64,000 nt of DNA from Escherichia coli (GCF_041886205.1 NZ_CP169029.1); one strand, 5' to 3'; positions 26,117-37,718 are shown, counted from the first letter of the stretch. The notes: generated from the sequence alone by a model not told the origin. Translations and numbers: made by a program.

Positions 26117-26252
26117 TTTTTAACCTTAACGAAGAGCTATATTAATAACGGCATCAGCGATAACCCGGTCGATAATAATTCAACTATCGAATGCAGGCGT
26201 ATGATATGACGTAATTTATTGTCACGAAGCTCGCCTTCGCAGGAGTTTAATT

Positions 26253-27590
26253 ATGTCTTCGGATGCTGATGCTCACAAAGTGGGCTTAATCCCCGTCACC
26301 CTGATGGTGTCGGGGAATATTATGGGGTCAGGTGTTTTTCTGTTACCTGCAAACCTGGCCTCTACTGGCGGGATTGCCATTTATGGATGGTTGGTGACGA
26401 TTATCGGTGCACTGGGGCTCTCGATGGTATACGCCAAAATGTCGTTCCTCGACCCAAGTCCTGGTGGTTCTTACGCTTACGCCCGCCGCTGCTTTGGCCC
26501 GTTTCTCGGTTATCAAACCAACGTCCTCTACTGGCTGGCCTGCTGGATCGGCAATATCGCCATGGTGGTCATTGGCGTAGGATATTTAAGTTACTTCTTC
26601 CCGATTCTGAAAGATCCATTGGTATTAACCATCACCTGCGTCGTGGTGCTGTGGATCTTCGTCCTGCTGAACATTGTCGGTCCGAAAATGATCACCCGTG
26701 TGCAGGCAGTTGCCACCGTGCTGGCGCTGATCCCCATCGTCGGGATTGCCGTATTTGGCTGGTTCTGGTTCCGTGGTGAAACCTATATGGCGGCATGGAA
26801 CGTCAGCGGCCTGGGCACCTTCGGTGCAATTCAAAGTACCCTTAACGTTACGCTGTGGTCGTTCATCGGTGTGGAAAGTGCCTCCGTTGCCGCAGGTGTG
26901 GTGAAAAACCCGAAACGCAATGTCCCTATCGCCACCATTGGTGGGGTATTGATTGCCGCCGTTTGCTATGTACTTTCTACCACCGCGATTATGGGGATGA
27001 TCCCTAATGCCGCACTGCGCGTTTCTGCTTCGCCATTCGGTGATGCCGCACGGATGGCGTTGGGTGACACCGCCGGGGCCATTGTTTCCTTCTGCGCAGC
27101 TGCGGGTTGCTTAGGTTCACTGGGCGGCTGGACGTTGCTGGCGGGTCAAACGGCGAAAGCCGCTGCCGATGACGGACTGTTCCCACCGATTTTTGCCCGT
27201 GTAAATAAAGCGGGTACGCCAGTGGCGGGGCTGATTATCGTCGGTATTTTGATGACCATCTTCCAGCTCAGCAGCATTTCACCAAACGCGACCAAAGAGT
27301 TCGGTCTGGTTTCTTCCGTCTCGGTCATCTTTACACTGGTGCCATATCTTTACACCTGTGCGGCGTTACTGCTGCTCGGACACGGTCACTTTGGTAAAGC
27401 ACGCCCGGCATATCTGGCAGTTACTACCATTGCCTTCCTCTACTGCATCTGGGCCGTGGTGGGGTCCGGAGCGAAAGAGGTTATGTGGTCATTTGTCACC
27501 CTGATGGTCATCACCGCCATGTATGCGCTGAATTACAACCGGCTACATAAAAACCCGTATCCCTTAGATGCACCAATAAGCAAAGATTAA
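26253..27590 (+). CDS. adiC: arginine:agmatine antiporter AdiC
   Basis: 445-aa APC-family transporter ORF. Confidence 0.95.
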
Positions 27591-27613
27591 TTCCCCTTAA
27601 TCCAGCAAACATA

Positions 27614-27650
27614 AAAGCCAACCTTAAGAACTTAAGGTTGGCTTAATTTT
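27614..27650 (+). terminator. adiC rho-independent terminator
   Basis: palindrome AAAGCCAACCTTAAG-aa-CTTAAGGTTGGCTT followed by AATTTT. Confidence 0.8.
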
Positions 27651-27693
27651 GCTTTGCGAGCATATGCGCACTTTGTTCGATGGAAACACCGTG

Positions 27694-29337
27694 ATGTTGA
27701 AGCGCCTACTAAAAAGACCCTCTTTGAATTTACTCGCCTGGCTATTGTTGGCCGCTTTTTATATCTCTATCTGCCTGAATATTGCCTTTTTTAAACAGGT
27801 GTTGCAGGCGCTGCCGCTGGATTCGCTGCATAACGTACTGGTTTTCTTGTCGATGCCGGTCGTCGCTTTCAGCGTGATTAATATTGTCCTGACACTAAGC
27901 TCTTTCTTATGGCTTAATCGACCACTGGCCTGCCTGTTTATTCTGGTTGGCGCGGCTGCACAATATTTCATAATGACTTACGGCATCGTCATCGACCGCT
28001 CGATGATTGCCAATATTATTGATACCACTCCGGCAGAAAGTTATGCGCTGATGACACCGCAAATGTTATTAACGCTGGGATTCAGCGGCGTGCTTGCTGC
28101 GCTGATTGCCTGCTGGATAAAAATCAAACCTGCCACCTCGCGTCTGCGCAGTGTTCTTTTCCGTGGAGCCAATATTCTGGTTTCTGTACTACTGATTTTG
28201 CTGGTCGCCGCACTGTTTTATAAAGACTACGCCTCGTTGTTCCGCAATAACAAAGAGCTGGTGAAATCCTTAAGCCCCTCTAACAGCATTGTTGCCAGCT
28301 GGTCATGGTACTCCCATCAGCGACTGGCAAATCTGCCGCTGGTGCGAATTGGTGAAGACGCGCACCGCAACCCGTTAATGCAGAACGAAAAACGTAAAAA
28401 TTTGACCATCCTGATTGTCGGCGAAACCTCGCGGGCGGAGAACTTCTCCCTCAACGGCTACCCGCGTGAAACTAACCCGCGGCTGGCGAAAGATAACGTG
28501 GTCTATTTCCCTAATACCGCATCTTGCGGCACGGCAACGGCAGTTTCAGTACCGTGCATGTTCTCGGATATGCCGCGTGAGCACTACAAAGAAGAGCTGG
28601 CACAGCACCAGGAAGGCGTGCTGGATATCATTCAGCGAGCGGGCATCAACGTGCTGTGGAATGACAACGATGGCGGCTGTAAAGGTGCCTGCGACCGCGT
28701 GCCTCACCAGAACGTCACCGCGCTGAATCTACCTGATCAGTGCATCAACGGCGAATGCTATGACGAAGTGCTGTTCCACGGGCTTGAAGAGTACATCAAT
28801 AACCTGCAAGGTGATGGCGTGATTGTCTTACACACCATCGGCAGCCACGGTCCGACCTATTACAACCGCTATCCGCCTCAGTTCAGGAAATTTACCCCAA
28901 CCTGCGACACCAATGAGATCCAGACCTGTACCAAAGAGCAACTGGTGAACACTTACGACAACACGCTGGTTTACGTCGACTATATTGTTGATAAAGCGAT
29001 TAATCTGCTTAAAGAACATCAGGATAAATTTACCACCAGCCTGGTTTATCTTTCTGACCACGGTGAATCGTTAGGTGAAAATGGCATCTATCTGCACGGT
29101 CTGCCTTATGCCATCGCCCCGGATAGCCAAAAACAGGTGCCAATGCTGCTGTGGCTGTCGGAGGATTATCAAAAACGGTATCAGGTTGACCAGAACTGCC
29201 TGCAAAAACAGGCGCAAACGCAACACTATTCACAAGACAATTTATTCTCCACGCTATTGGGATTAACTGGCGTTGAGACGAAGTATTACCAGGCTGCGGA
29301 TGATATTCTGCAAACTTGCAGGAGAGTGAGTAAATGA
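27694..29337 (+). CDS. eptA: lipid A phosphoethanolamine transferase EptA (PmrC)
   Basis: 547 aa from [14 protein letters not shown]...; N-terminal TM region plus sulfatase-like periplasmic domain; followed by basRS. Confidence 0.95.
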   Translation: MLKRLLKRPSLNLLAWLLLAAFYISICLNIAFFKQVLQALPLDSLHNVLVFLSMPVVAFSVINIVLTLSSFLWLNRPLACLFILVGAAAQYFIMTYGIVIDRSMIANIIDTTPAESYALMTPQMLLTLGFSGVLAALIACWIKIKPATSRLRSVLFRGANILVSVLLILLVAALFYKDYASLFRNNKELVKSLSPSNSIVASWSWYSHQRLANLPLVRIGEDAHRNPLMQNEKRKNLTILIVGETSRAENFSLNGYPRETNPRLAKDNVVYFPNTASCGTATAVSVPCMFSDMPREHYKEELAQHQEGVLDIIQRAGINVLWNDNDGGCKGACDRVPHQNVTALNLPDQCINGECYDEVLFHGLEEYINNLQGDGVIVLHTIGSHGPTYYNRYPPQFRKFTPTCDTNEIQTCTKEQLVNTYDNTLVYVDYIVDKAINLLKEHQDKFTTSLVYLSDHGESLGENGIYLHGLPYAIAPDSQKQVPMLLWLSEDYQKRYQVDQNCLQKQAQTQHYSQDNLFSTLLGLTGVETKYYQAADDILQTCRRVSK

Positions 29338-30002
29338 AAATTCTGATTGTTGAAGACGATACGCTGTTATTGCAGGGACTGATTCTGGCGGCGCAAACCG
29401 AAGGCTACGCGTGCGATGGCGTGACAACCGCGCGGATGGCGGAACAAAGCCTTGAGGCCGGTCATTACAGCCTGGTGGTACTGGATTTAGGGTTACCCGA
29501 CGAAGATGGACTGCATTTTCTCGCCCGTATCCGGCAGAAAAAATACACCCTGCCGGTACTGATCCTCACCGCTCGCGATACGCTGACCGACAAAATCGCC
29601 GGGCTGGATGTCGGTGCCGATGACTATCTGGTGAAGCCCTTTGCGCTGGAAGAGTTACACGCCCGTATCCGAGCCCTGCTACGACGCCATAATAATCAGG
29701 GCGAAAGTGAGCTGATTGTTGGCAATCTGACGCTGAATATGGGTCGCCGTCAGGTATGGATGGGCGGTGAAGAGTTGATTCTGACGCCCAAAGAATATGC
29801 TCTGCTGTCACGGTTAATGCTCAAAGCAGGCAGTCCGGTGCATCGGGAAATTCTCTACAACGACATCTATAACTGGGACAATGAACCCTCGACCAACACC
29901 CTGGAAGTGCATATCCACAATCTGCGCGACAAAGTGGGCAAAGCCCGTATCCGCACCGTGCGCGGCTTTGGCTATATGCTGGTCGCGAATGAGGAAAACT
30001 AA
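29334..30002 (+). CDS. basR: response regulator BasR (PmrA)
   Basis: 222-aa OmpR-family ORF (MKILIVEDD...); start overlaps eptA stop. Confidence 0.96.
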   Translation: MKILIVEDDTLLLQGLILAAQTEGYACDGVTTARMAEQSLEAGHYSLVVLDLGLPDEDGLHFLARIRQKKYTLPVLILTARDTLTDKIAGLDVGADDYLVKPFALEELHARIRALLRRHNNQGESELIVGNLTLNMGRRQVWMGGEELILTPKEYALLSRLMLKAGSPVHREILYNDIYNWDNEPSTNTLEVHIHNLRDKVGKARIRTVRGFGYMLVANEEN

Positions 30003-30011
30003 TTGAATCTG

Positions 30012-31103
30012 ATGCGTTTTCTGCGCCGACCAATATCGCTGCGCCAACGGCTGATATTGACCATCGGGGCCATTTTGTTGGTGTTTGAGCTGATCAGCGT
30101 CTTCTGGCTATGGCATGAAAGTACCGAGCAGATTCAGCTGTTTGAGCAGGCGCTACGCGACAATCGCAACAACGATCGCCACATCATGCGTGAGATCCGC
30201 GAGGCGGTCGCCAGCCTGATTGTCCCCGGCGTCTTTATGGTCAGCCTGACGCTATTTATCTGCTATCAGGCGGTACGCCGCATCACCCGCCCGCTGGCGG
30301 AGCTGCAAAAAGAGCTGGAAGCGCGCACCGCCGACAACTTAACGCCCATTGCCATTCACAGCGCCACCCTCGAAATCGAAGCGGTGGTTTCGGCGTTAAA
30401 CGATCTGGTCAGTCGCCTGACCAGCACGCTGGATAACGAAAGGTTGTTTACCGCTGACGTCGCGCACGAACTGCGAACGCCACTGGCGGGGGTGCGTTTG
30501 CATCTGGAACTGCTGGCGAAAACGCATCACATTGATGTAGCACCGTTAGTGGCACGGCTTGATCAGATGATGGAGAGCGTCTCCCAGCTGCTGCAACTGG
30601 CGCGTGCCGGACAGTCATTTTCTTCCGGTAATTATCAACATGTAAAACTGCTGGAAGATGTCATTCTCCCCTCGTATGACGAACTCAGTACCATGCTCGA
30701 CCAGCGACAGCAAACCCTGCTATTGCCAGAGAGCGCCGCCGACATCACCGTTCAGGGTGATGCAACCCTGCTGCGGATGTTATTGCGAAACCTGGTAGAA
30801 AACGCCCATCGTTACAGCCCGCAAGGCAGCAACATTATGATTAAGCTGCAAGAAGATGACGGAGCGGTCATGGCAGTTGAAGATGAAGGACCAGGTATTG
30901 ATGAGAGTAAATGCGGGGAGTTGAGTAAAGCGTTTGTACGTATGGACAGCCGTTATGGCGGGATTGGTCTGGGGTTAAGTATTGTCAGCCGCATTACACA
31001 GTTGCATCACGGGCAGTTTTTCCTGCAAAACCGGCAAGAGACTTCCGGCACGCGGGCCTGGGTACGGCTGAAGAAAGATCAGTACGTGGCAAACCAGATA
31101 TAA
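30012..31103 (+). CDS. basS: sensor histidine kinase BasS (PmrB)
   Basis: about 363 aa from MRFLRRPISLRQR...; H-box ADVAHELRTP; ATPase domain. Confidence 0.95.
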   Translation: MRFLRRPISLRQRLILTIGAILLVFELISVFWLWHESTEQIQLFEQALRDNRNNDRHIMREIREAVASLIVPGVFMVSLTLFICYQAVRRITRPLAELQKELEARTADNLTPIAIHSATLEIEAVVSALNDLVSRLTSTLDNERLFTADVAHELRTPLAGVRLHLELLAKTHHIDVAPLVARLDQMMESVSQLLQLARAGQSFSSGNYQHVKLLEDVILPSYDELSTMLDQRQQTLLLPESAADITVQGDATLLRMLLRNLVENAHRYSPQGSNIMIKLQEDDGAVMAVEDEGPGIDESKCGELSKAFVRMDSRYGGIGLGLSIVSRITQLHHGQFFLQNRQETSGTRAWVRLKKDQYVANQI

Positions 31104-31168
31104 AGAAAGCTGCTGACCACCAGCACGCTGAACACGGTAGTTAAACTTTCATAAACACGGTTTTTCAT
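31079..31168 (-). CDS. pmrR: small membrane protein PmrR
   Basis: 29-aa ORF MKNRVYESLTTVFSVLVVSSFLYIWFATY, hand-translated, antisense and overlapping the basS 3' end. Confidence 0.75.
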   Translation of the reverse strand: MKNRVYESLTTVFSVLVVSSFLYIWFATY

Positions 31169-31279
31169 TGCACTCTCCTCCGTTAACCTGGAGGAGAGTA
31201 TGCGCGTCAGAGATTAAGTGAACCTTAAGAGTTCAATTGGCCTGATAAGACAGCGTCACATCAGGCCATCCGTTTCAGC

Positions 31280-32782
31280 TTATTCATCAATTCGCGGATG
31301 TTGCTGCACCAGGCGGGTACGTTTCGCCTGCAAATCGGCAATCTCGTGGTCAATATTATCGATTTTCTGCTCGATATTATCGTAATGCTCGACGAGAATT
31401 TCCTTCGCTTCCTGTATATCTGACGCCGCCGGTGTCGCACCTTTCAACGGACGATTTGCCGTCTCTTTCATGGTTACGCCGGTGATTAAACCAATCACCG
31501 CCACTACCATCAGGTAATAGGCAGGCATCATCAGATTCTGCGAGCTTTCGACCAGCCAGGCCGCCAGTGTTGGCGTCAGACCGGCAACCAGCACCGAAAT
31601 ATTAAATGCCGCCGCCAGCGCGCTGTAACGGATATGCGTCGGGAACATCGCTGGCAAGGTAGAAGCCATAACGCCCGTAAAGCAGTTAAGGATCACCGCC
31701 AGCATCAGTAACCCGGCAAAAATCAGGCCGATGACGTTACTGTTAATCAGAATAAACGCCGGGATCGCCAACACAAACAGGGCAACACTACCAAGTAGCA
31801 CAAACGGACGACGGCCAAAACGGTCACTCAGCAAGCCCATCACCGGCTGGACAAACAGCATACCGATCATAATGGCGATAATAATCAGCACCCCGTGGTC
31901 TTCGGAGTAATGCAAGTTATGCGACAAATAACTCGGCATATAGGTCAGCAACATGTAGTAAGTCACGTTGGTGGCAATTACCAGACCAATACATGTCAAC
32001 AGGCTGCGCCAGTATTTAGTGGCAATCTCTTTAAACGAGACTTTCGGGCCATCCTGCAAACCTTCGCGGTCGCCCTGTTCCAGTTTATCAACATGCTGCT
32101 GGAACGCCGGAGTTTCTTCCAGCGCATGGCGCAGGTAAAGCCCGATAATCCCTAACGGCAGAGCAATAAAGAACGGAATACGCCAGCCCCAGTCGAGGAA
32201 GTTCGCTTCGCCGACAATGGTCGAAATTAACACCACCACGCCCGCACCCAGCACAAACCCGGCAATAGAACCGAAGTCCAGCCAGCTGCCCATAAAGCCA
32301 CGTTTACGGTCAGGGGAGTATTCCGCAACAAATATCGACGCCCCGGTATATTCACCGCCGACCGAGAAACCTTGTGCCATCTTACAGATCAACAGCAGAA
32401 TCGGTGCCCAAATACCAATCGTGTCGTAGGACGGTATTAAGCCAATACAGAACGTACTGATCGACATAATCACAATAGTGATAGCGAGGATCTTCTGGCG
32501 ACCATATTTATCGCCCAACATACCAAAGAAGAGTCCGCCAAGCGGTCGAATCAGAAAGGGAACGGAGAAAGTGGCAAGTGCAGCAACCATCTGCACGCTG
32601 GGGTCAGCCCCCGGGAAAAAAACTTTACCTAATGCGTAAGCAACAAAACCATAAACACCAAAATCGAACCATTCCATTGCATTACCCAGTGATGCTGCGG
32701 TAATGGCTTTACGCAGTTTACCGTCATCAATAATGGTGACATCACGAAGGGTAATCGGTTTTACTTTTTTCCTTTTCAGCAT
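31280..32782 (-). CDS. proP: proline/glycine-betaine:H+ symporter ProP
   Basis: 500 aa from MLKRKKVKPITLRD...; MFS transporter with C-terminal coiled-coil tail. Confidence 0.96.
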   Translation of the reverse strand: MLKRKKVKPITLRDVTIIDDGKLRKAITAASLGNAMEWFDFGVYGFVAYALGKVFFPGADPSVQMVAALATFSVPFLIRPLGGLFFGMLGDKYGRQKILAITIVIMSISTFCIGLIPSYDTIGIWAPILLLICKMAQGFSVGGEYTGASIFVAEYSPDRKRGFMGSWLDFGSIAGFVLGAGVVVLISTIVGEANFLDWGWRIPFFIALPLGIIGLYLRHALEETPAFQQHVDKLEQGDREGLQDGPKVSFKEIATKYWRSLLTCIGLVIATNVTYYMLLTYMPSYLSHNLHYSEDHGVLIIIAIMIGMLFVQPVMGLLSDRFGRRPFVLLGSVALFVLAIPAFILINSNVIGLIFAGLLMLAVILNCFTGVMASTLPAMFPTHIRYSALAAAFNISVLVAGLTPTLAAWLVESSQNLMMPAYYLMVVAVIGLITGVTMKETANRPLKGATPAASDIQEAKEILVEHYDNIEQKIDNIDHEIADLQAKRTRLVQQHPRIDE

Positions 32783-33045
32783 AGCTTTCCTCGCAGAGTT
32801 GGCCCATTTCCGCAAACGCCAGAAAAATCAGCGCGACGGCCGCAAAAGGGGAGCGGGAATTGCAGGATGCAATCTCTGTAACAAGCGTAGCGGGTTTGCT
32901 TACACCCTCCGGTTAAGGAATGTACAATCAAACCAGTTGACGCCTGAATTGGGCAGTTAATGACCTTTTTACCCTACCAGTGTTTAAATTTGCGATCAAC
33001 TTCACACATGGATTTCGTTTAGGACTCATTGATGTAACTGATTAT

Positions 33046-33924
33046 TTACGCCAAATTTACAGAGAAGATTTCCTCGACCATTGCCCCCACCAAACGCTGC
33101 GCTGAACAGAGTCGTGGCATCCCCAGCGCGACAGTTTGCCAACGTTGGGTCACTGACCAGCAAACGGGTTGTTTATCTGCCGTGGTCCACTTTCCCAGCC
33201 AACTTAAAAAATCAGCATGATCCCCGCCCGTCGGAACGGTCGAAGAGGCAAACCACTGATGGTAATAGTGACGCGTGGTCGGGGCCGCATTGATACTCTC
33301 TGCCAGATGTTGTGTCGCTTTCACGCGCAAATCACCCAGCAACAACGCCACCGCTTGCGGGCTTCCCAGACGACAGGCATCGCCAAATGCCCCCCAACGC
33401 AACTCTTCGAGAACGATAAAACAGCGCCCAGGCAACGACCAGGCGTTATACGCCCCAGCACGCCAGCGGGTAAAAATTTGCTCGCTCTGTTCACCCGCCT
33501 GCACCAGTAGGCCTCGTTGCGTTAATGCCTTTTCCTTCCAGCGACAACGGGCTGAAAACCACTCATACAAGGCGGCAATTTGCTGGGGGAGCTCCGGGAA
33601 AGCAGAGTGCTGGCGGTGATCCATTTTTTGCAGCAGCGCCAGATGCTGCGCGATCTGCGTCAGTGCCAGATGACCGGGATCCAGCATCGACGCCAGTTTT
33701 TCCACCAATGTCAGACGCAGGCTAAGCGGCGCATTTAACATGCCGCCGTTCGTCCATGTCTGAAGCTGCACGCGCGCAAGAAGTTCCTGCATCAGTCGTT
33801 CACGAAACTGCTGCTGATGGGCTTGTGGAAGGCGGGCATCATCGCCCTGCGCCAGATCCACTAAAAAGCGGGGATAAACCGACTCCAGCACGCGACCGGG
33901 GCCGTCAAGTAACGTCTTGGTCAA
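33046..33924 (-). CDS. yjcZ: uncharacterized protein YjcZ
   Basis: 292-aa ORF; 4-bp overlap with crfC stop (operon partner). Confidence 0.85.
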   Translation of the reverse strand: MTKTLLDGPGRVLESVYPRFLVDLAQGDDARLPQAHQQQFRERLMQELLARVQLQTWTNGGMLNAPLSLRLTLVEKLASMLDPGHLALTQIAQHLALLQKMDHRQHSAFPELPQQIAALYEWFSARCRWKEKALTQRGLLVQAGEQSEQIFTRWRAGAYNAWSLPGRCFIVLEELRWGAFGDACRLGSPQAVALLLGDLRVKATQHLAESINAAPTTRHYYHQWFASSTVPTGGDHADFLSWLGKWTTADKQPVCWSVTQRWQTVALGMPRLCSAQRLVGAMVEEIFSVNLA

Positions 33925-36149
33925 TATCGTTCTGCCGTGAAAAGTGTTTGAATATCATCGCGTAACAGCTGGGCGTCGGTGTAAATCCAGCCGTGAGTCA
34001 TCACAGTCTGCTGCAATTGCTGCTGCATCAGCCTGACCACCGATTCATTTTGTTGACGCAGAGCCAGACTTTCGCGTAAACGCGTCTGTAATTCCGTCAA
34101 ACATGAAGCGAACTCAGCGAAAAAAGTATTCATGCCTGCCGTAACAGATTCATCGACCTGCTCTGCCAGAACTTTAGCCATTTGTTGGCAATAAAGATCG
34201 ACTTCTGCGCTTAATGCTCGTTGCAACACACTGTAATCAACCGTTTCTGTCGGGGATTTCTCATTTCCCCGTCCCCAGTCAGGCTGATTCAACCAGCGCG
34301 AAAAAGTCTCACGCACAACGCCTAATCGCGTGCTCTGCTCGTCCGTTGCTTCCTGGCGCGAAATGACTTCACTGAACAGCTGGCGAGTGTTGAAGTGGGG
34401 AACTACGCCGTGAAAAACAGGAAAATGAAACCCAGGACGAAACCCTGACTCGCTCAATTCCATTTTGACTTGTTGCTCAATGGGGCGAATAACATCGGTT
34501 AACACCCGGCAAAGGGTGGATTCAAGCTCGGCAAAACGCAGCGTAAAGTCGCGACTGATGGTGTTCTGCGCCGTCTGTAACAGTGTCTCACAGCGGGTAC
34601 GAATCTCGCTTAACGGCTCCGAATCATCCTGAAACAAGGCGGCTAACTGCGCATTCAGCGCATCTTGTTGTTGACGCAGAAAGTGGTTGGCGGAGGTCAG
34701 GGCCAGCTCGATTTCATGTTTAATCTCGCCGCTCACCTGCGCCTGATTGAGTTGCAATAGCTGCAAACTTTCTTCGACCTGATGGATATTTTGCCGCAAT
34801 TGTTCACAAGCGACGTTTAACCCGTGCGCACGAAAATCCAGGTATTCCCGCGCCTGCTGCGCGTAATTCAACAGTTTATGCGCAGCAGATCGCAGAGCAT
34901 ACAACGAGGCGTTAGCGTAAGCGGCATGAAGCAACGCCTGAATTGGCTGGGCGAACAGCGAATCTTCCCACAACTGATCGGCAGCATGACGAATATGTTC
35001 GAGGTCCGCCAGATCGGCATGACGCCAGCGCCTGCCGAGCGCGGCATGGGCAAAATCTTCCACCCAGCGTTGTTGCTCTGGCGCGGGTAACTTACCGTTG
35101 TTGGCTAACTCATGGCGCGCCCGATTCGCCAGGTAGCCCCACATCGACGACACCGGAAATATCTGCTGTGGCGTAATACAGCCTTTCATCAGCGTCCCGG
35201 AAATCAGTGCCCGCACCTGGTCGGCGTCGTCACTGTTACGATCCTGTTGATCGAACTTATTGACCAGCACATACAGCGGCACCGATTGCCCCACCGCCAA
35301 AATCGCCTCACGGACCTCTTCATCGGAGATCGATTTCAGTTGCGTATAATCCAGCACCGCCAGTACCGCCGAGGCGCGTGCCAGCTGCTGGTTAAGCATT
35401 TTTTGCAGATGCGGTTGCCCGGCTTCATTTGGCCCGGGGGTATCCAGTAGCGTCAACTGACCGGGATAACTCTCCAGCCCCGCCAGATGGACAAACTCCA
35501 CTTCAATCACGGGAATATGCTCAATGACGGCGTAAGCAGAAAAAGGAAAATCGACGTCCAGCGCCTTCGCCAGTCGCACTAAATCATTCAAACTTTTCAG
35601 ACAATGAAAAATAGGCTGGGCACCCAGATAATATTTTTCGAAAGCGACGCCATTTTCGATCCGCTGCATAAGCGCACGCATATCTTTATCTATTTCCAGC
35701 ACATCGGTCAGATGCTTAATATCGCAATCACGCAGGCGCTGTTGTAATTGTTGAATTAAACGGTCGATTGGCGCGACATGTGAAAAATGCAGTACCGGTT
35801 CTTTTTGCCCGGGCGTATGGCGAATAAGCGTCGGCAGCGCAGTCATTGGGCGATTACGATTAGGCAGAACCTCCGTACCAACAATGGCATTAATGGTGGT
35901 TGATTTCCCTGCTTTCATGGTACCGACAATTGCAAGCACCATTTCCAGTCGGGAAATTTTACGCAACTCATTATTCAGCATCGCGTGACGTTCGGCGATA
36001 TTAGGCTGACTCCAGGGTAAAGCCAGTTGTGGCGCGTCGTCTCCGGGTACAGAGAGAGACATTTTTTCCAGTAACTGCAACTGTTGGCGAGAAAGCTGTA
36101 ACAGGCGTTCAGCCTCCTGACTTAACTCATACAGGGTCTGTGTGTACAT
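33921..36149 (-). CDS. crfC: dynamin-like GTPase CrfC (YjdA)
   Basis: 742-aa ORF; P-loop GTMKAGKSTTINAIVG; long predicted helical C-terminal region. Confidence 0.9.
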   Translation of the reverse strand: MYTQTLYELSQEAERLLQLSRQQLQLLEKMSLSVPGDDAPQLALPWSQPNIAERHAMLNNELRKISRLEMVLAIVGTMKAGKSTTINAIVGTEVLPNRNRPMTALPTLIRHTPGQKEPVLHFSHVAPIDRLIQQLQQRLRDCDIKHLTDVLEIDKDMRALMQRIENGVAFEKYYLGAQPIFHCLKSLNDLVRLAKALDVDFPFSAYAVIEHIPVIEVEFVHLAGLESYPGQLTLLDTPGPNEAGQPHLQKMLNQQLARASAVLAVLDYTQLKSISDEEVREAILAVGQSVPLYVLVNKFDQQDRNSDDADQVRALISGTLMKGCITPQQIFPVSSMWGYLANRARHELANNGKLPAPEQQRWVEDFAHAALGRRWRHADLADLEHIRHAADQLWEDSLFAQPIQALLHAAYANASLYALRSAAHKLLNYAQQAREYLDFRAHGLNVACEQLRQNIHQVEESLQLLQLNQAQVSGEIKHEIELALTSANHFLRQQQDALNAQLAALFQDDSEPLSEIRTRCETLLQTAQNTISRDFTLRFAELESTLCRVLTDVIRPIEQQVKMELSESGFRPGFHFPVFHGVVPHFNTRQLFSEVISRQEATDEQSTRLGVVRETFSRWLNQPDWGRGNEKSPTETVDYSVLQRALSAEVDLYCQQMAKVLAEQVDESVTAGMNTFFAEFASCLTELQTRLRESLALRQQNESVVRLMQQQLQQTVMTHGWIYTDAQLLRDDIQTLFTAERY

Positions 36150-36549
36150 AGAAAATTCTTCCTTAAAGCAAATTTTGTTATTTTATTTAGCCAGATTGTT
36201 TTTGAGTTCTGTTTTCGGCTTTTATAATTACTGCAAGAAATAATTTTATATTTAGTGTGTTGTTTTTTATCAGAATAAATAACGTCTTCTGATACGTTTA
36301 AAACGTCAGAAAGATAAAAATATCATGTGAATTAAAAAAAGAACAAGTAGAGCATTAACATTATCTTAAATAATAAATAGAGGCAAAAAGATTATTTTCT
36401 TTTTGCGTTTCCTTTCAAATGAAAACGATCGTCGTCTAAAATCAGCAGTACCCCCGACAAACTCAGGGATTTTGTGTATAATTGCGGCCTTTTTCGGCAA
36501 TCTGCCGTTTTTTGGCGCTTTTGCCCTGCTGACTTTTGAGGAAATCCAC

Positions 36550-36885
36550 ATGTCATTACCACACTGCCCAAAATGCAACTCCGAATACACCTACGAAGAT
36601 AACGGCATGTACATCTGCCCGGAATGTGCCTACGAATGGAACGACGCAGAACCTGCACAGGAAAGCGACGAGCTGATCGTTAAAGATGCTAACGGCAATC
36701 TGCTGGCTGACGGCGACAGCGTTACCATCATTAAAGATCTGAAGGTGAAAGGTAGCTCTTCGATGCTGAAAATTGGCACCAAAGTGAAAAACATCCGCCT
36801 GGTTGAAGGCGACCATAACATCGATTGCAAAATCGACGGTTTTGGTCCGATGAAACTGAAATCTGAGTTTGTGAAAAAGAACTGA
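36550..36885 (+). CDS. phnA: phosphonoacetate hydrolase-family zinc-ribbon protein PhnA
   Basis: 111 aa from [19 protein letters not shown]...; CPxCN zinc ribbon. Confidence 0.92.
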
Positions 36886-36899
36886 TTGTATTGTGATCG

Positions 36900-37082
<183 letters not shown>

Positions 37083-37142
37083 TCTCATCTGTATAAATTT
37101 CGAACTACACTTAACTGGCTTCTCTTAACTGAGGTCACCATC

Positions 37143-37586
37143 ATGCCGTTAAGTCCCTACCTCTCTTTTGCCGGTAACTGTTCCGACGCGATTGCCTATT
37201 ATCAACGTACGTTGGGCGCGGAACTGCTCTATAAAATCAGCTTCGGCGAAATGCCAAAATCAGCGCAGGACAGCGCCGAGAACTGCCCTTCCGGAATGCA
37301 ATTTCCCGATACCGCCATCGCTCATGCCAACGTGCGCATTGCCGGAAGCGACATCATGATGAGCGATGCCATGCCGTCAGGAAAAGCCAGCTACTCCGGC
37401 TTTACGCTGGTGCTCGATTCGCAACAGGTCGAAGAAGGAAAACGCTGGTTTGACAATCTTGCCGCTAACGGAAAAATCGAAATGGCCTGGCAGGAAACTT
37501 TCTGGGCGCATGGCTTTGGCAAAGTCACCGATAAATTTGGCGTACCGTGGATGATTAATGTCGTTAAACAACAACCAACGCAATAA
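37143..37586 (+). CDS. phnB: glyoxalase/bleomycin-resistance fold protein PhnB
   Basis: 147-aa ORF; synteny between phnA and phnC. Confidence 0.88.
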   Translation: MPLSPYLSFAGNCSDAIAYYQRTLGAELLYKISFGEMPKSAQDSAENCPSGMQFPDTAIAHANVRIAGSDIMMSDAMPSGKASYSGFTLVLDSQQVEEGKRWFDNLAANGKIEMAWQETFWAHGFGKVTDKFGVPWMINVVKQQPTQ

Positions 37587-37718
37587 CCCGCCGGGAGGCC
37601 CGCCCTCCCGCACTGTCATCGAATTCCCGTTAACTCTTCATCTGTTAGTCACTTTTAATTAACCAAATCGTCACAATAATCCGCCACGATGGAGCCACTT
37701 TTTTAGGGAGGCTGCATC

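Noticed and set aside
27621-27636. PmrA-box-like CTTAAG direct repeats upstream of eptA
   Set aside because: The two CTTAAG copies are the two arms of the adiC terminator palindrome and are 8 bp apart rather than the expected 11-bp register; cannot be called a PmrA site from sequence alone.
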